Assembly: GCA_963797555.1 (NCBI GenBank)
Contig: CAWCPV010000008.1
Span: forward strand, 32,001-96,000
DNA length: 64,000 nt
Source: an uncultured Gammaproteobacteria bacterium
GTDB lineage: Bacteria; Pseudomonadota; Gammaproteobacteria; CAWCPV01
Direction: 5' to 3'
In this document: positions 22,410 to 32,503 of the stretch, piece after piece
Numbering within the stretch: position 1 is the first letter of the stretch
Layout: the number at the start of each line of letters is the position of its first letter
Notes under the pieces: model-generated
The model's input: the letters and a program-made list of their open reading frames with translations, nothing else
Told to the model about the DNA's origin: nothing
The model's database searches: none
Program-made: the position numbers and the translations under genes

Positions 22410-22925
22410 GTGCGCTATCAAGGCCGAATCACAGACTGGAAGGATGATCGGGGCTTTGGCTTCATCACCCCAAATGGCGGAGGTGCGCGCGTCTTTGTGC
22501 ATATCAGCGCCTTCGGAAAAGGGCAGCAACGCCCCACCGGAGATGAACTGGTCACGTATGAGCTTGTGAATGACGATGAGAGGAACCTTCGTGCTCAGAA
22601 CGTCGCCTACCTCAGAGTGCGCCAAGCTCGTCCACGTGCAAGGCGGCGTCGGAACTCCATGCCGATAATTGCAGCGCTTGTTGTAGCAGTTGCCGGTATT
22701 TATGGTTGGCAGCATTTCTTTTCGTATGGCGTTGGAACTCTACCTCGCACCAAGTCCGCCCTTGAACTTGGGGGCACAACCAAATTTCAATGCCGCGGGA
22801 AGCGACACTGCTTCGAGATGACCTCGTGCGAGGAAGCGACTTTCTATCTTAGGAACTGCCCAGGCGTGGAGATTGACGGCGACGGCGATGGAATTCCCTG
22901 TGAATCTCAGTGGTGTGGCGGTTGA
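22410..22925 (+). CDS. Cold-shock domain + TM + Excalibur Ca-binding domain protein (gene cassette)
   Basis: WKDDRGFGFI, VFVHISAF; C..MTSCEEA...DGDGDGIPCE. Confidence 0.9.
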   Translation: MRYQGRITDWKDDRGFGFITPNGGGARVFVHISAFGKGQQRPTGDELVTYELVNDDERNLRAQNVAYLRVRQARPRARRRRNSMPIIAALVVAVAGIYGWQHFFSYGVGTLPRTKSALELGGTTKFQCRGKRHCFEMTSCEEATFYLRNCPGVEIDGDGDGIPCESQWCGG

Positions 22926-22994
22926 GCGTAACCCTTCCATCGAGCCTACAGCCACTGGCAAGCCGGTGCCTTGGGTTCATGTCAAGCGTTGGGC
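22926..22994 (+). other. attC site (best preserved)
   Basis: GCGTAAC-CCTTCCATCGAGC ... GTTCATGTCAAGC-GTTGGGC. Confidence 0.85.
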
Positions 22995-23030
22995 GTCAGA
23001 ATCAGCGGTCTCTCATAGCGTGAGGCTGAA

Positions 23031-23378
23031 ATGAGAAGAGCAGAACGAGCGCAGCAGCTTTGGAGCTTATTGGCCCTCGCGGCGACGAGTCGCCAGATCC
23101 TGACCTACGATATTGTTGCTAGGCTCACTGGCGCCTTGCGGCCTGGGATCGGCGATCTGCTTCGGCCCATTCAGCAGTACTGCACAGAGAACGACCTTCC
23201 TCCTCTTACTTCTCTCGTCGTAAGCGAACAGACCGGTCTTCCTGGCGAAGGGTTCATTGCCGCGGCGGACGTTCCAGCGACACAAGTAAAGGTTTTCCAG
23301 CATCCGTGGCTTGACGTTACCGCTCCGAGTGCAGAGCAGTTTGAATCGGTCTATGCGCGTGCACCCGATCGACGCTGA
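23031..23378 (+). CDS. Hypothetical protein (gene cassette)
   Basis: 115 aa, LTY..VA..., LPPLTSLVV...GLPGEGF. Confidence 0.8.
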   Translation: MRRAERAQQLWSLLALAATSRQILTYDIVARLTGALRPGIGDLLRPIQQYCTENDLPPLTSLVVSEQTGLPGEGFIAAADVPATQVKVFQHPWLDVTAPSAEQFESVYARAPDRR

Positions 23379-23379
23379 C

Positions 23380-23478
23380 GCCCAACCCGTTCAACCGGAG
23401 CACCCAACAGCGGCGCCGTTGGGTACCCGTCGCCCCACGCGCGTCGGCGCCCGCCCTGGGTGACGCGGGGCGTTCAAA
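23380..23478 (+). other. Degenerate attC-like site
   Basis: GCCCAAC-CCGTTCAACCGG ... GGC-GTTCAAA. Confidence 0.55.
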
Positions 23479-23523
23479 GAGCATTGAATTGCTCTTCTTG
23501 ACTCTTATTTCTTGGAGGTTGAA

Positions 23524-24660
23524 ATGCTGAGCCCTAATGCAGTTGTCTCCAACGTCATACGTTTCGAGCCGCCGCTCGATAGGGCGCCCGCCGAGCTGCT
23601 GCGTGCGGAACCGGGTCTGTTTGTGGAACTGCAGGACGGGCGTCGTGCACGCCTGGACCCCGCCGATCCTCACTCGGTCGGCTTCGTACAGATCTTGGAC
23701 GGGCTGAGCAAGCTGCGGCTGCCGGTCTACCTGGAGATCGACCCGGCGACCTCGGTAATCACCCGACTACTCATCCCGCACCTGAGCCGCGTCGTCGGCG
23801 TGCGTCCGATCGACGAGGGTGCGCTCGGGGTAGAGCTGGAGCTTTCGCAGGGGCGTCACGTACTGCGGCGTGGCCAGCCGGACTTCGAGGAGTTGGACAG
23901 ACTGCTGCGCGAGGCGGTGGCGAACCGCCGACCGGTTATCCTCACCGAGGACGACGAGCACAATATCATCGACGTTCGTTTTTTTGAGCCGGGCCCGGGT
24001 GTGCCGCTTCCGCCATTTCCGCCGGAGGTCCCGCCGCTCGAAGAGTGGCCGCCGCGCTGGATCAGGGATTTGCTGGAGCGGATATGGCGCTGGAAGTGGT
24101 GGCCCTGGTGGTGGTTCCGTTGCATATCGATGACAAGGGCACAGCAGGTCTTCGACGCGATGAAGGCCACCAGTTGCGATCCGCTCACGGTCCCGCCGCC
24201 GTGCATTCCCTTTCTCTATCCCGATGATGGTTGCTGGGCGCGAGCCCACGAGATGTGCCGACTGATGATCAACCTGGGGCTGTCACCGAACAAGGTCTGG
24301 ATTCGAGCGAGCCCAGGATACTGGCTGCATGTGAACACGAGGAACAACCCCGCATGCTACGTCGACTGGGGGTGGCACGTGGCGCCCACGTTGTGCGTGC
24401 GCGGGCCGGGTTTCTTTCGAACGCAAAGCATGGTGATCGATCCATCGCTGTTCACTACACCGGTGTCCAAGGCGACGTGGAAAGGTGTACAGGGGGACCC
24501 CAACGCAACGCTCACGGACAGTGACGCTTCTCAGTATTGGCCGAGCGGCGGGACCGATCCGACATATTCAGATACGAATATCCGCCTCGCCTACTATCGA
24601 CTGCAACTGCAGAACCGGGCAATACAGCACGGGCCGCCGCCCTATGCAGCCTGCCCGTAG
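23524..24660 (+). CDS. Protein-glutamine glutaminase family protein
   Basis: CIPFLYPDDGCWARAHEM, WGWHVAP, VIDPSLF (Cys-His-Asp); GGAGG RBS. Confidence 0.8.
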   Translation: MLSPNAVVSNVIRFEPPLDRAPAELLRAEPGLFVELQDGRRARLDPADPHSVGFVQILDGLSKLRLPVYLEIDPATSVITRLLIPHLSRVVGVRPIDEGALGVELELSQGRHVLRRGQPDFEELDRLLREAVANRRPVILTEDDEHNIIDVRFFEPGPGVPLPPFPPEVPPLEEWPPRWIRDLLERIWRWKWWPWWWFRCISMTRAQQVFDAMKATSCDPLTVPPPCIPFLYPDDGCWARAHEMCRLMINLGLSPNKVWIRASPGYWLHVNTRNNPACYVDWGWHVAPTLCVRGPGFFRTQSMVIDPSLFTTPVSKATWKGVQGDPNATLTDSDASQYWPSGGTDPTYSDTNIRLAYYRLQLQNRAIQHGPPPYAACP

Positions 24661-24703
24661 AGAAAGGGGCCAGGCGCGACTGCTAACGACGCCTCGACCA
24701 GCC

Positions 24704-25318
24704 CTAAGCGGGGAGCCTCTCCAGGAACTGTCGCAGCCCCGCCTTGGCCGCGCCGACCCAGGGTGCGCCGTGAGCGAACAGCAGGTGGTCGAAATCCCGC
24801 TCCAGGTGGCGAAAGAATACCGCTCGCAGACCGCGCTTGACCCCCTCAGGGTCTTCGCCCATCAACTGGTCGGGGACAAAACCCAAGGCCCCGCCTCGGC
24901 GTACGATGGCGTCTCCGATGGCCAGGATCCCGCCGTGCTCGGGGACGTACAGTGCGGTCTCCTCGGGGCAGAGCACGCCCACCTCGAGGGCTTCGACGCC
25001 CCCCGGCAGTTGCTGACCGTGCTCGAAAGGCTCCACCTGCTCCCCGCGCGTGAACTCGTGTAGTCCTGCACGGTGGCACCACACCCGCGCCCCGAAGGCT
25101 CTGGCGAATTGGCCGCTGTGCCGATAGTGGTGCCGGTTGGTGAGATAGATGTGGGCGGGCGTCTTGCCGCCCGTGAACCATTCAAGTCCCTCGTCGGGGA
25201 CTCGGGGGTCGATCAGGACCGCGGGGTCGGTGACGGCGACGAGGTAGGAATGTACGTCTTCCTTGATGCCTTCGTGGAACGTGCTCCAGTGGTATACGCC
25301 GGGCAAGATCTCGCGCAT
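24704..25318 (-). CDS. Metallo-beta-lactamase fold protein
   Basis: LIDP, LTNRHHYRH, IGDA, FAHG. Confidence 0.75.
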   Translation of the reverse strand: MREILPGVYHWSTFHEGIKEDVHSYLVAVTDPAVLIDPRVPDEGLEWFTGGKTPAHIYLTNRHHYRHSGQFARAFGARVWCHRAGLHEFTRGEQVEPFEHGQQLPGGVEALEVGVLCPEETALYVPEHGGILAIGDAIVRRGGALGFVPDQLMGEDPEGVKRGLRAVFFRHLERDFDHLLFAHGAPWVGAAKAGLRQFLERLPA

Positions 25319-25483
25319 CGGTCAGCTCCTGGGTGCATGGGTGCGGGTGCTCGTCGATTTACATTAGACCATGGGTGCCGTGCCAGTGCGGCGATAGAGG
25401 CCCCGCCTGCATATCTTCGAGAGTGGGGCGGGGACAGCGGCCCGTGGAGGCCGGGCACCGTGAGGCAGGCATGGACCCGTTAT

Positions 25484-25498
25484 TGACAATCACTCTCA
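25484..25498. promoter_or_regulatory. Fur box-like site upstream of bfd
   Basis: TGACAATCACTCTCA resembles the 7-1-7 TGATAATnATTATCA and overlaps TTGACA. Confidence 0.65.
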
Positions 25499-25545
25499 GT
25501 TACGCATACCCTTCAGGGTACCTGTCCTGAACTCGGTGCCATCTC

Positions 25546-25743
25546 ATGTACGTGTGTCTCTGTAACGGTGTGAGCGATCGTCAAATCCGCGAAGCCGTTC
25601 TGCAGGGTGCTCGCACGATGCGCGACCTGCGGCGCAATCTGGGGGTTGCCACTGCATGTGGGCGTTGCGGACCCTGTGCCCTCGAGGTTCTCAGGGGGGC
25701 ATGCGAAGACAGCCGGGACGCGCTTCGATTGCAGCCGGCGTGA
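25546..25743 (+). CDS. bfd: Bacterioferritin-associated ferredoxin
   Basis: MYVCLCNGV...CGRC. Confidence 0.93.
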   Translation: MYVCLCNGVSDRQIREAVLQGARTMRDLRRNLGVATACGRCGPCALEVLRGACEDSRDALRLQPA

Positions 25744-25794
25744 CACCCGGCGTAGAGTGGCGTCCTCATCGAGCCGCCAGATAGGGAGACGAGC

Positions 25795-26259
25795 GTGAAA
25801 GGGGATCCGACGGTCGTTCAGCACCTCAACAAAGTCTTGCGCAACGAGCTGACAGCCATAGCGCAGTATTTCCTGCACGCTCGCATGCTTAAGAATTGGG
25901 GTCTCCACAAGCTGGGCGAGCACGAGTACCACGAGTCAGTGGACGAGATGAAGCACGCGGATCGACTGATTGAACGCATCCTGTTCCTGGAGGGGCTGCC
26001 CAACCTCCAGGACCTGCAGAAGCTGCTCATCGGGGAGAACGTGCCGGAGATGCTGCGATGCGACCTGCGGCTCGAGAACGAGGCCATGCCTGACCTCAAG
26101 GACGGCATCGCCTATTGCGAGTCTTGCGGCGACTACGTCTCTCGGGAGCTATTGGAGGCGATCCTGGGGGGTGAGGAAGAGCACATCGACTGGCTCGAGA
26201 CGCAAATCGGTCTGATCGACAAGATGGGACTCCAGAATTACCTGCAGTCCCAGATCTGA
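25795..26259 (+). CDS. bfr: Bacterioferritin
   Basis: [28 protein letters not shown]. Confidence 0.96.
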   Translation: MKGDPTVVQHLNKVLRNELTAIAQYFLHARMLKNWGLHKLGEHEYHESVDEMKHADRLIERILFLEGLPNLQDLQKLLIGENVPEMLRCDLRLENEAMPDLKDGIAYCESCGDYVSRELLEAILGGEEEHIDWLETQIGLIDKMGLQNYLQSQI

Positions 26260-26619
26260 ACCTTCCCCCTTCTGGGCTCCAGCCGTTCGAGCCTCTCTCG
26301 CCGTTCGCGGCGGCGCCGGGAGCCATGCGGGCTTCCCTTCGACCAGACTGGGGCCGCCCCCCACGCTGAAGTCTTGCGGCACCCTTCACGAAGCCCCACC
26401 CGCGTGAGAGAGACCTGAATGTCAGCGCCGGCGGCCCGAGGGAGGGACCGGCCCCGGTCGGGCATCCGAGAGCGGCCCTAGCGCACGCGGGCCGCCTCCG
26501 CGCACGTATACGCGGCGTTAATGTGCCTTCTCTCGGGGTCTGGTACAATGGCGCGCCATATGCCGCGCTGCCCGGTGGTGGCCGACTCGCTGCGCCCGCT
26601 GATCTGACCGACTCCCGCG

Positions 26620-27840
26620 ATGCCCGAGATCAGGAAGGTTGTACTCGCTTACTCTGGGGGACTCGACACCTCGGTGATTCTCGAGTGGCTGCGAGAGACC
26701 TACGGCTGTGAGGTGGTGACTTTCACTGCAGACATCGGGCAAGGCGAGGAGCTGGCCGCTGCCCGGGCGAAAGCGCAAGCGCTGGGCGTACGAGAGATTC
26801 ACGTCGAGGATCTGCGGGAGGAATTCGCTGGGGATTTCGTCTTCCCGATGTTCCGCGCCAACGCCGTGTATGAGGGCGAGTACCTGCTCGGGACCTCCAT
26901 TGCACGACCGCTGATCGCCAAGCGTCAGGCCGAGATTGCTCGGGACACGGCCGCTGACGCCGTCGCCCACGGGGCGACCGGCAAGGGAAATGACCAGGTG
27001 CGGTTCGAGCTGGGTTACTACGCTTTCCACCCTGGTATCCGCGTCATCGCCCCATGGCGGGAGTGGAATCTCACCTCCAGGGAGAGGCTGCTGGCTTATG
27101 CAGAAAGTCGCGGTATCCCGGTGGAGCGCAAGCCCGGGGGAGGTTCGCCGTACTCGACGGATGCCAACCTGCTGCACATCTCGTACGAGGGGGGTGTGCT
27201 CGAGGATCCCTGGGCCGAGCCGGAGGAGTCCATGTGGCGTTGGAGCGTGGCGCCGGAGAAGGCCCCCGACAGGCCGCGCTACGTGGAGCTGGCCTATGAG
27301 CGGGGCGATGTGGCGGCCGTCGACGGCAAGCGCATGTCCCCCGCGGGGGTGCTTCAGGCCCTCAATACCCTGGGCGCCGAAAACGGGGTCGGACGCCTCG
27401 ACCTCCTGGAGAACCGCTACGTCGGCATGAAGTCCCGCGGCTGCTATGAGACTCCGGGCGGTACGATCCTGCTGAAGGCGCATCGTGCCATAGAGTCGAT
27501 CACCCTGGACCGCGAGGTGGCGCACCTCAAGGACGATCTCATGCCGCGCTACGCCGCACTCATCTATAACGGGTACTGGTGGAGCCCGGAACGACGCATT
27601 CTGCAGGGCCTGATCGACGCTACCCAGGCTGTGGTGAACGGGTCCGTGCGCATCAAGCTGTACAAGGGCAACGTCATGGTGGTGGGACGGTCTTCCTCCA
27701 CGGACAGTCTGTTCGATCCCGCCCTGGCCACCTTCGAGGAGGACGCAGGGGCTTACCAGCAGCGCGACGCAGAAGGGTTTATCAAGCTCAATGCCTTGCG
27801 GCTGCGACTCGCGGCTCGGCGGTCCACGCTCGACGAGTAG
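26620..27840 (+). CDS. argG: Argininosuccinate synthase
   Basis: [34 protein letters not shown]. Confidence 0.97.
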   Translation: MPEIRKVVLAYSGGLDTSVILEWLRETYGCEVVTFTADIGQGEELAAARAKAQALGVREIHVEDLREEFAGDFVFPMFRANAVYEGEYLLGTSIARPLIAKRQAEIARDTAADAVAHGATGKGNDQVRFELGYYAFHPGIRVIAPWREWNLTSRERLLAYAESRGIPVERKPGGGSPYSTDANLLHISYEGGVLEDPWAEPEESMWRWSVAPEKAPDRPRYVELAYERGDVAAVDGKRMSPAGVLQALNTLGAENGVGRLDLLENRYVGMKSRGCYETPGGTILLKAHRAIESITLDREVAHLKDDLMPRYAALIYNGYWWSPERRILQGLIDATQAVVNGSVRIKLYKGNVMVVGRSSSTDSLFDPALATFEEDAGAYQQRDAEGFIKLNALRLRLAARRSTLDE

Positions 27841-27989
27841 GATTCTTGGAGCGCGCGGAGCAACTGTTGCGCCAGATGCTGGAAAGGCAGAGCCCCTCGG
27901 CAGCGGCGGGCCGCGCGCGGTCGCACGGGCGGGGGCGCTGAGAGCTTGTGGACAAGCCCGCTGCGTATCCCGATAGCGGCGTTGCGCGG

Positions 27990-28143
27990 TGGTCACGGCG
28001 TACCTCCCTGTACGCCACCCCTGCGGGGCGTCCCGCGGACGTGCCGAATGGTCGTCCTGCCATTCGGTCATGGCGTACTTCCCTGTACGCCACCCGTTTG
28101 GGACGTTCTGCGGACGTTCCGAATGGCTGTCCTGCCAGCCGGT
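27990..28143. repeat. Tandem 75 bp palindromic intergenic repeat (2 copies)
   Basis: GGCGTAC(C/T)TCCCTGTACGCC ... GAATGG..GTCCTGCCA in units starting 27990 and 28065. Confidence 0.85.
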
Positions 28144-28258
28144 CGCTCCTCGCCTATCTACATGGATATGTCTCGTCGCTGCGCCCCGCGCTCGGGCCGC
28201 CCCGGCAGGAAGGCTCAGCGGAAACGCCCGAGACGAAGGGGCAAGGTGGGCGCTGGCC

Positions 28259-28999
28259 ATGATCTGGACAGCCCGGCGGGCTCCGCTGGTCAAACGCCGC
28301 ATCGGTAAGGCGCGCGCGCTGCTGAGGAGGTCGGTCGTGAGGGTGCTGGCAACGGACAACCTGCGTTCTCCGCCGCTGGCGCCCACCGTAGAGGACCTGC
28401 TTCTCCCGACAAAACCCGTCTGGGGTCGAGGCCGCAGTCCCGTGCGGCGCTCTGGACGGGCACTGTTTGCCCGTGAGCTTTTCACCAACCCGCGGGCCGT
28501 TGGTGCCGCGTGCCCCAGCTCCCGTTGGCTCGCGAGCAGCATGGTGCGCTGGGTGCCAAGGCGGCTGGAGGGCAGAGTCGTCGAGCTGGGCGGCGGTACT
28601 GGGGTGGTCACCGCGGCGCTGCTGCGGCGCGGTGTCGCAGCCGAGCAGCTCGTGGTCCTGGAGCGTTCGCGAACGCTAGCCGCTCATCTGCGGCGCCGTT
28701 TCCCCCAACTCCAGGTGATCCGCGGCGACGCCGCCTTCCTCAGCGATCTGCTTCCGGCCGATGGTGTGAAGGTGTGCGCGGTGGTCTCGAGCCTCCCGCT
28801 GCGCTCCCTGCCGAGGGAGACCGTGCGCCAGATCATGCTGCAGCTCGAGTGCATCCTCGCCCCTGGCGCCCTGTTCATTCAATATACCTATGCGTTGCGC
28901 TCCGCGTGCAGTCAGTTCCCCGATCGTTTCCGCCAGACCGCCTCGAAGATAGTGTGGCGTAACTTGCCACCGGCGCGCGTGGACGTGTATCGCGTCTGA
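28259..28999 (+). CDS. PmtA-like phospholipid N-methyltransferase
   Basis: PRAVGAACPSS, VVELGGGTG, VSSLP, FIQYTY, NLPPA; start uncertain. Confidence 0.85.
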   Translation: MIWTARRAPLVKRRIGKARALLRRSVVRVLATDNLRSPPLAPTVEDLLLPTKPVWGRGRSPVRRSGRALFARELFTNPRAVGAACPSSRWLASSMVRWVPRRLEGRVVELGGGTGVVTAALLRRGVAAEQLVVLERSRTLAAHLRRRFPQLQVIRGDAAFLSDLLPADGVKVCAVVSSLPLRSLPRETVRQIMLQLECILAPGALFIQYTYALRSACSQFPDRFRQTASKIVWRNLPPARVDVYRV

Positions 29000-29004
29000 A
29001 CGCT

Positions 29005-30090
29005 ATGCGTCGAAAGGGGTATTTCAATCGGCGCTATTCGCCGCCCGGGGCGGAGCCCGGTACCCTGGTACCGCACCCCGCAGCGGCGACCGGGCCGCCG
29101 CGGCTCACGGTGATCGACTACGACGAGCACCAATTCGAGGAGCACGACTGCGAGTCCGTTGCGGAGGCCATGTACTATTTCAGTCGGCCCACGGTGACGT
29201 GGCTGCACGTCCACGGGGTGGCGGACGCTTCGCAGATGCGCCACATCGGACGGATCCTCGGTCTGCACAGCCTCGCCCTGGAGGACGTGCTCAATACCGG
29301 CCAGCGCCCCAAGGCGGAGCGCTACGAGGACGAGTACTTCGTGATACTGGGACTGCCCTGCTGGGAGGGCGGGCTGATGCTGGTGGAGCAGGTCAGCCTA
29401 TTCCTCGGCGAGAACTACGTTCTGAGCTTTCATCAGGGCCGTAACGACCCCTTCTCGCCGGTGCGCGAGCGGCTACGCAGCCATACCGGACGGTTCCGTG
29501 CCCGGGGCGGAGCCGACTATCTGTTCTATGCCCTGGTGGACACCATCGTGGACCAGGGCTTCCCCACCCTGGAGACCGTGGGCGATCAGGTCGAGGCCGT
29601 GGAGACCGAGCTGCTGGAGGCGCCTACCCAGTCGATTGTCGAGCGCATTCACGGGCTTAAGCGAGAGCTGCTGCTACTGCGGCGCTTCATGTGGCCGCAA
29701 CGGGAAGTGGTCAGTATCCTGACCCGCGACGAGCATCCGCTGATCAGCAACGACACGCGCCTGTTCCTGCGCGATTGCTACGACCACGCGGTGCAGGTGC
29801 TCGACATGCTCGAGACCTATCGCGAGATGGCGGCGAGCATGATGGATGTCTACCTGTCCAGCCTGAACTACCGCCTGAATGACGTCATGCGGCTGCTCAC
29901 CGTGATCGCCACGGTATTTATCCCGCTGACGTTCATCACCGGAATCTTCGGCATGAACTTCGATCGCAGCGTGAGCCCGTGGAACATGCCGGAGCTCGGC
30001 TGGCAATACGGGTATCCCGCGTTCTGGCTGCTGATTCTGGCGGTGGGCGGTGGCCTGCTGCTTTACTTCAAACGCAAGAACTGGCTATAG
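29005..30090 (+). CDS. corA: Magnesium/cobalt transporter CorA
   Basis: LALEDVLN..QRPK, GMNF, MPEL. Confidence 0.95.
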   Translation: MRRKGYFNRRYSPPGAEPGTLVPHPAAATGPPRLTVIDYDEHQFEEHDCESVAEAMYYFSRPTVTWLHVHGVADASQMRHIGRILGLHSLALEDVLNTGQRPKAERYEDEYFVILGLPCWEGGLMLVEQVSLFLGENYVLSFHQGRNDPFSPVRERLRSHTGRFRARGGADYLFYALVDTIVDQGFPTLETVGDQVEAVETELLEAPTQSIVERIHGLKRELLLLRRFMWPQREVVSILTRDEHPLISNDTRLFLRDCYDHAVQVLDMLETYREMAASMMDVYLSSLNYRLNDVMRLLTVIATVFIPLTFITGIFGMNFDRSVSPWNMPELGWQYGYPAFWLLILAVGGGLLLYFKRKNWL

Positions 30091-30101
30091 GGCTGTCGGG
30101 G

Positions 30102-31100
30102 TCAGCCGCCCGTCGCCGACATGAAGCGCACGACCTTGTGCGGTGCCTCTCGGAACTCGTGGCGTTCGGGCTTGAGCGCGATGGCGTCGCGTACCGCCGC
30201 CTCCAGTGCGGCCTCGTCGGCCCCGGCACGCAGCAAGGGCCGGAACTGGTAACGGTTTTCCTGGCCAAGACATAGGTACAGGGTACCGTCCACCGCCAAC
30301 CGAACGCGGTTGCACGTGGCGCAAAAGTGCTGCGAGATGGGGGTAATGAACCCGACGGAGAACGAGCGGTCGGGGGTCTGCAGATAGCGGGCCGGACCAC
30401 CGCCCGGCAGCACACCATCCACCAGACCGAAACGACTGCGCAGCCTCTCTTTGACCGCCTGCAACCCCAGGTGGCTGGCGGCTCTGCCCGTCTCCCCCAT
30501 GGGCATGGTCTCGATGAAGCGGAGCACGAACCGGTGCTCCATGCAGAACGCGAGCACATCGTCCACTTCGTCGTCGTTCACGCCTTGCTGGACGACCGTG
30601 TTGACCTTCACCAGGTTGAACCCGGCCGCTTTGGCCGCCATCAGTCCCTCCAGGATGGCGCCGAGGCAGTCCCGGCCGGTGATCGCGCGGATGCGCTCCG
30701 CCCGCAAGGAGTCCAGACTCACGTTCACCCGGGAGACGCCGGCCGCGCGGAGAGCGCAGGCATGACGGGCGAGCTGGGTGGCGTTCGTGCTGAGGGATAG
30801 ATCCTCTATCCCGCTCAGCGCCGCCAGGCGCGCCGCCAGATCAGTGAGATTGCGGCGCAGCAGAGGTTCACCGCCGGTTAGCCGGATGCGCCTTACACCG
30901 AGCCGCGCGAACGCTGCGACCAAGCGCTCGATCTCGCCGAAGGTCAGCCAATGGTCGGGCTCCTCGAATCCTTTGAACCCTTTCGGCAGACAGTAGGTAC
31001 AGCGGAGGTCGCAGCGGTCCGTGACGGAGAGTCGGAGATAGACGATGCGGCGACCGAACGGGTCGATGAGGCTATTCGCGATAGTGCTGCACTGCGTCAT
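30102..31100 (-). CDS. moaA: GTP 3',8-cyclase
   Basis: CDLRCTYC, FCATCNRVR, C-terminal GG. Confidence 0.96.
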   Translation of the reverse strand: MTQCSTIANSLIDPFGRRIVYLRLSVTDRCDLRCTYCLPKGFKGFEEPDHWLTFGEIERLVAAFARLGVRRIRLTGGEPLLRRNLTDLAARLAALSGIEDLSLSTNATQLARHACALRAAGVSRVNVSLDSLRAERIRAITGRDCLGAILEGLMAAKAAGFNLVKVNTVVQQGVNDDEVDDVLAFCMEHRFVLRFIETMPMGETGRAASHLGLQAVKERLRSRFGLVDGVLPGGGPARYLQTPDRSFSVGFITPISQHFCATCNRVRLAVDGTLYLCLGQENRYQFRPLLRAGADEAALEAAVRDAIALKPERHEFREAPHKVVRFMSATGG

Positions 31101-31207
31101 CGTCGTCGCTCCGCTCCGCCGGCGACCCTCTTGCGTAGATGTTTAGCACCCCGAACCCCTAAGCGCAAGAGTTCCGGCGCGTGCGTGAGTGCGAACAAAT
31201 CGCCGGC

Positions 31208-31817
31208 TCAGTGCGCCTCCAGCATCGGGCGCAGATAGGCCCACACATTGTCGAGGATGCGTGGCTGTCCCTCGGCCTTGGGGTGCAATCCATCTTCCTC
31301 TGTGAGGGCTGGGTTGCCTCCCACCCCTTCCAACAGGAAGGGAATCAACGGCACGCCAGCTTGGCGCGCTAGGCTAAAATACACCTCTTTGAACCTGTCT
31401 ATATAGCTGGGGCCATAGTTGGGCGGCAGGCGCATACCAGCGAGCAGAACGCGAGCTCCGCGACTTCGGGCGAGATCGATCATGGCGGCCAGGTTGTGTT
31501 CGATCTCGGCCGGAGCTAGTCCGCGCAACCCGTCGTTCGCTCCGAGGCTCGAGGATCACCACAGCGGGTCGGTACCGGTCCAAGGCGGCTGGCAGGCGCT
31601 CCAGTCCACTGCGGGTGGTATCACCGCTGATGCTGGCGTTTACGACCCGGTATGGGTAGCCGGACTGCTCGAGTCGCAGCTCGAGGAGTCGCGGCCATCC
31701 CTGGGCGGCTTCCATGCCGTAGGCAGCGCTCAGGCTGTCACCCAGCACCAGAATGAGAGGCTCACTCGCGTGAGCACTCGAGCCGCACAGTAACATCCAC
31801 AGGAGCACTCTGGACAT
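31208..31817 (-). CDS. tesA: Arylesterase/thioesterase I (GDSL), frameshift near 31546
   Basis: GDSLSA, NASISGDTT, E|LGANDG, DGLHP. Confidence 0.88.
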
Positions 31818-31833
31818 CGTTCTTGACCCCGGC

Positions 31834-32502
31834 ATGCCTATTCTCCGGGTCCGCGGACTGGGCAAGCAAGTGCCGGTGCGCGACGGGACCCTGGTTCTGC
31901 TCTGTGACGTGAACCTGGACGTGGCGGCGGGCGAGGCCCTCGCCGTCCTGGGCATATCCGGGTCAGGAAAATCCACGTTGCTGGGCTTGGTCGCAGGGCT
32001 GGACGTGCCCAGCGAAGGCTCCGTCTGGCTTGCCGGCGTGCGGCTGTTCGACTTGGTCGAGGACGAGCGGGCGCGACTGCGGGGGGAGATGATTGGGTTC
32101 GTCTTTCAATCCTTTCAGCTTCTTCCGGCCCTGACTGCGCTGGAGAACGTGATGCTCCCGCTGGAGCTGGCAGGCCATCGCGACGCGAGGGGCGTGGCAC
32201 GCGAGGTGCTGGAGCGCGTCGGGCTGGGTGGGCGGCTCCACCACTCTCCGCGCCAGCTTTCCGGCGGAGAGCAGCAGCGCGTCGCGATCGCACGGGCTTT
32301 CGCTCCCAACCCCAGACTGCTGCTGGCGGACGAGCCCACTGGCAACCTCGATGCGCGAACCGGCAGGCGCATCATCGATCTGCTGTTCGATCTCAATCGG
32401 GAACGAGGCACCACGCTCGTCATCGTGACCCATGACGCCGCTCTGGCGGAGCGCTGCGATCGCCAAGTTCGCCTGGAAGACGGGCGGCTGCTGCCGGCGT
32501 GA
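31834..32502 (+). CDS. YbbA-like ABC transporter ATP-binding protein
   Basis: GISGSGKS, LSGGEQQR, DEPTGNLD; divergent from tesA. Confidence 0.9.
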   Translation: MPILRVRGLGKQVPVRDGTLVLLCDVNLDVAAGEALAVLGISGSGKSTLLGLVAGLDVPSEGSVWLAGVRLFDLVEDERARLRGEMIGFVFQSFQLLPALTALENVMLPLELAGHRDARGVAREVLERVGLGGRLHHSPRQLSGGEQQRVAIARAFAPNPRLLLADEPTGNLDARTGRRIIDLLFDLNRERGTTLVIVTHDAALAERCDRQVRLEDGRLLPA

Positions 32503-32503
32503 G

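Noticed and set aside
11200-24700. Integron integrase or any tyrosine recombinase
   Set aside because: No R-H-R-H-Y motif or IntI patch is recognisable in any ORF; 11690-11990 could be a decayed remnant but I cannot support that
27990-28143. CRISPR array
   Set aside because: Only two contiguous units, no unique spacers, no cas genes
26518-28611. 697 aa minus-strand ORF and similar long antisense ORFs (8609-10297, 55913-57136, 57850-59217)
   Set aside because: Shadow ORFs opposite well-supported genes in high-GC DNA; no motifs
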